NCBI GenBank assembly: GCA_030141605.1
Contig: JAQGDQ010000002.1
Location: 1 to 64,000 of the forward strand
Source of the DNA: Tubiluchus corallicola
Taxonomy: Eukaryota; Animalia; Priapulida
DNA: 64,000 bases
Reading direction: 5' to 3'
The translations under genes and the position numbers were made by a program. The notes under the pieces were generated by a model. It was not told the DNA's origin, ran no database searches, and was given only the letters and a program-made list of their open reading frames with translations. The stretch's first letter is position 1; the number at the start of each line of letters is the position of its first letter. Positions 62,201-64,000 of this stretch are shown piece by piece.

Positions 62201-63550
62201 GGTAGAAACTATGGCGATGATCATGTAGTACTGTATGTTAAGTATTCAATTTATTTTTTCTACAAGTGTTTATGCTATTAGGTGGAAAATGCATGGGTGG
62301 AATGGAAGGAGCTCTTCGTGCACCCACTGCCATTATGTGGCCAGGTGTTATACCAGCTGGACGAGTGATAAACGTTCCAACATCACTTATGGACATCTTT
62401 CCCACGCTTGCCAGCATCCTCGACATTGCCCTACCAACTGATCGTATTATTGATGGTAAAAATATACTACCTCTGATACTGGGGCATAGCGATGCTCCAC
62501 CACACGAGTTTATGTTTCATTACTGTGGGCGTCACATCCATGCTGCGAGATATTCTCCTAGTCAAGGTAATGAAAATCTTTGTAATGCTGTAATATGTTC
62601 TGCATTAATATTATAGTTAGCTTCATACTTGTATTCCTTTACTAGAAAATGCCTATTGATCTAATGTCAGCTTTCAGACACAAAAGTTTTAACAGCAAGT
62701 AAAGTTTGTGGCCAAAAGTGAAGATTGTGTACAAATTGTTGCACCATTTATTTCTGGAATACATTGTAGCTCTCATTAAAATTGCGCAAGGTCTACTAGA
62801 GTTTTTCGAAATTTTGTTTCCATTCAATATTTTTTGTCTCGAACAAATTCTTTGAAGGTTAAAAACCAACTTGTGGAAAGTCATTTCAGGAGAAACTAAG
62901 ACAAGGAGGGGGAGATTCAAATTGTCTATCTATTTTTTCTTCAAGCTAGCTTCCATTGGTTCAGTAATCATTTTAGTAGGTGGCAATGAAGATGGTACAA
63001 CTACATGTATTTTGGTAATGATATATTATACAACATAATGTAAGTAGTGCAAAGTTTGACACAACGTGCTGTTAACTATTATCACAGAAAAAGAGACGTT
63101 AGTGATGATGCCTCTTTAGCATTTTGAATTTTTTTGTAAAACTTATTAACATTTTGGTGTTTTTTAGAAAATGCTGTGTGGAAGGTTCATTATGCAACAC
63201 CAAAATGGATTCCCGGCACGGAAGGCTGTGATTTTGTGTGCCCTTGTTATGGAGCGAAGTGGATCCAGTGGCACAATCCACCGCTTCTATTTGACATGAT
63301 TACTGACCAGTCAGAACAGTTGGTGATTAACGTGAGTGCTAGCAGGCAGTACAGAGAAATTGTGGAAAAAATTGATGGAGCGAAAGAAGCCCATATGAAA
63401 AGTATAGTTCCCGTTGAGGATCAGTATTCATTTTGGAATACTATGTGGTGGCCGTGGCTGCAACCGTGTTGTAATCTACCATGGTGTAACTGTAAAGATG
63501 AGAAATATGTTGACTTTGAATACCCGTATAAGGACACGACCACTTCTTGA
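42807..63550 (+). CDS. STS: Steryl-sulfatase/arylsulfatase (STS/ARSD-E-F-H group), 591 aa, 6 exons
   Basis: join(42807-43092,54067-54189,59468-59963,61011-61213,62282-62566,63168-63550) = 1776 nt. Signal peptide, ADDLGYGD, formylglycine motif [20 protein letters not shown], two-TM hairpin, QVHT, SDQG, GGK and C-terminal WLQPCC are all present. Exact orthology within the group is uncertain. Confidence 0.9.
43205..44560 (-). mobile_element. Degraded LINE (CR1/L2/Jockey-type) reverse transcriptase relic
   Basis: Minus-strand remnants SGIPQGT...FLIFIN (~44235-44295), [13 protein letters not shown] (~43575-43615), LEQRR...DLINCYK and INSWNKVP, with stops and frameshifts. Confidence 0.75.
43706..43987. 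mobile_element. hAT-type MITE (282 bp) inserted in the LINE relic
   Basis: TIRs cagggatgttaccgaaact / agtttcgataacatgccta; 8-bp TSD tcctcaat / tcctcagt; accgaaa subterminal repeats. Confidence 0.8.
47247..47306. repeat. (TG)n(CGTG)n compound microsatellite
   Basis: Seen directly. Confidence 0.95.
47612..48424 (-). mobile_element. Composite non-autonomous element, copy 3 (inverted, internally deleted)
   Basis: 48170-48424 is the reverse complement of ~39079-39515 with an internal deletion; the other end (47612-47785) is an aaaaatggcac array. Confidence 0.7.
49500..50200 (-). mobile_element. Possible highly degraded LINE ORF2 C-terminal relic
   Basis: Minus-strand remnants SKHI...RAALI and NFIERVLK...SLP resemble the HI..KA..RA.LI and FF.RV...WN.LP blocks of LINE RTs; weak. 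Confidence 0.35.
50280..50392. repeat. CT-rich tract plus a 22-bp direct repeat
   Basis: cccttctttttgtttgtcttga occurs twice after the (ct)n tract. Confidence 0.75.
54067..54189 (+). CDS. STS: Sulfatase exon 2 (...[24 protein letters not shown])
   Basis: ccccag acceptor, gtaaga donor. Confidence 0.92.
59468..59963 (+). CDS. STS: Sulfatase exon 3 (GKWHLG, TM hairpin, QVHT)
   Basis: ttccag acceptor, gtaaac donor. Confidence 0.93.
61011..61213 (+). CDS. STS: Sulfatase exon 4 ([16 protein letters not shown]...FTSDQG)
   Basis: tcctag acceptor, gtattg donor. Confidence 0.93.
62282..62566 (+). CDS. STS: Sulfatase exon 5 (GGK...MDIFPT...HEFMFHYC)
   Basis: attag acceptor, gtaatg donor. Confidence 0.92.
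63168..63550 (+). CDS. STS: Sulfatase last exon (WKVHY...PWLQPCC)
   Basis: ttttag acceptor; TGA at 63548-63550. Confidence 0.92.
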
Positions 63551-64000
63551 TAGCAGGAATTTTTGCGTTTTTAGATTAATGGGAGTATCTAATTTGTTTC
63601 TTATACTAGTCGCTTATTCAGTTGCAAAGGGAGATTATTAAGTTTGATAATGCTACTTTGTTTTAGTATTAAGAGCAGGACAAATGCATCACCACACAGT
63701 TGTCAATGCACTTGTGTGCTCAAATGTGCTAAGTTATATATAAATGCTTATAATGGTTGATGGGCAGCGTGCAACTTAGGGCAGGGAATAATAAAGCAAT
63801 GTACTAGTAGAAACTATTTCTGTTAGAATATTTTATCCTCGTGTTGTTAGGCAAAGACACAATCTCGTGAATCTCGAATTTTTAAATTCTGTTTGGCAGA
63901 AGTTTTGCTATTATGTGAAATTCTGCTGTTTCCGTTCTGTAGTATAAGTGTGATTCTTGTACGGTTCAGCCTAGCTATTTGTGGTTTATACCTCACTTAA

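Overview
AT-rich, intron-rich invertebrate animal genomic DNA. I assembled four protein-coding genes by reading GT-AG splice sites and checking phase. (1) Transportin-3 (TNPO3), + strand: 21 exons from 1761 to 19075, with the 5' exons outside the window, plus an extra in-frame 78-nt candidate cassette exon at 17838-17915. (2) A ZNF839-like AT-hook/C2H2 gene, + strand, 4 exons, 21670-28495, divergent from an intron-containing tRNA-Tyr(GTA) at 21153-21241. (3) An unrecognised two-exon gene, - strand, 38278-33187. It encodes a ~1400-aa secreted, extremely D/E/N-rich precursor with furin and dibasic sites. These sites delimit a predicted amidated amphipathic 18-mer (TLIADLFKKLGDSLGKSF-NH2) and cationic C-terminal peptides. 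The reading frame is split by a 1-nt frameshift at the end of a (GAT)10 tract. (4) A steryl-sulfatase/ARSE-like membrane arylsulfatase, + strand, 6 exons, 42807-63550, head-to-head with gene 3. Introns and intergenic DNA contain hAT-type MITEs with 8-bp TSDs, a Harbinger relic, LINE relics, a foldback/Helentron-like repeat family, a long GA/TC inverted repeat and microsatellites. The granin-like peptide precursor and the TNPO3 cassette exon are the most interesting candidates. Homology calls come from remembered family motifs; no searches were run.
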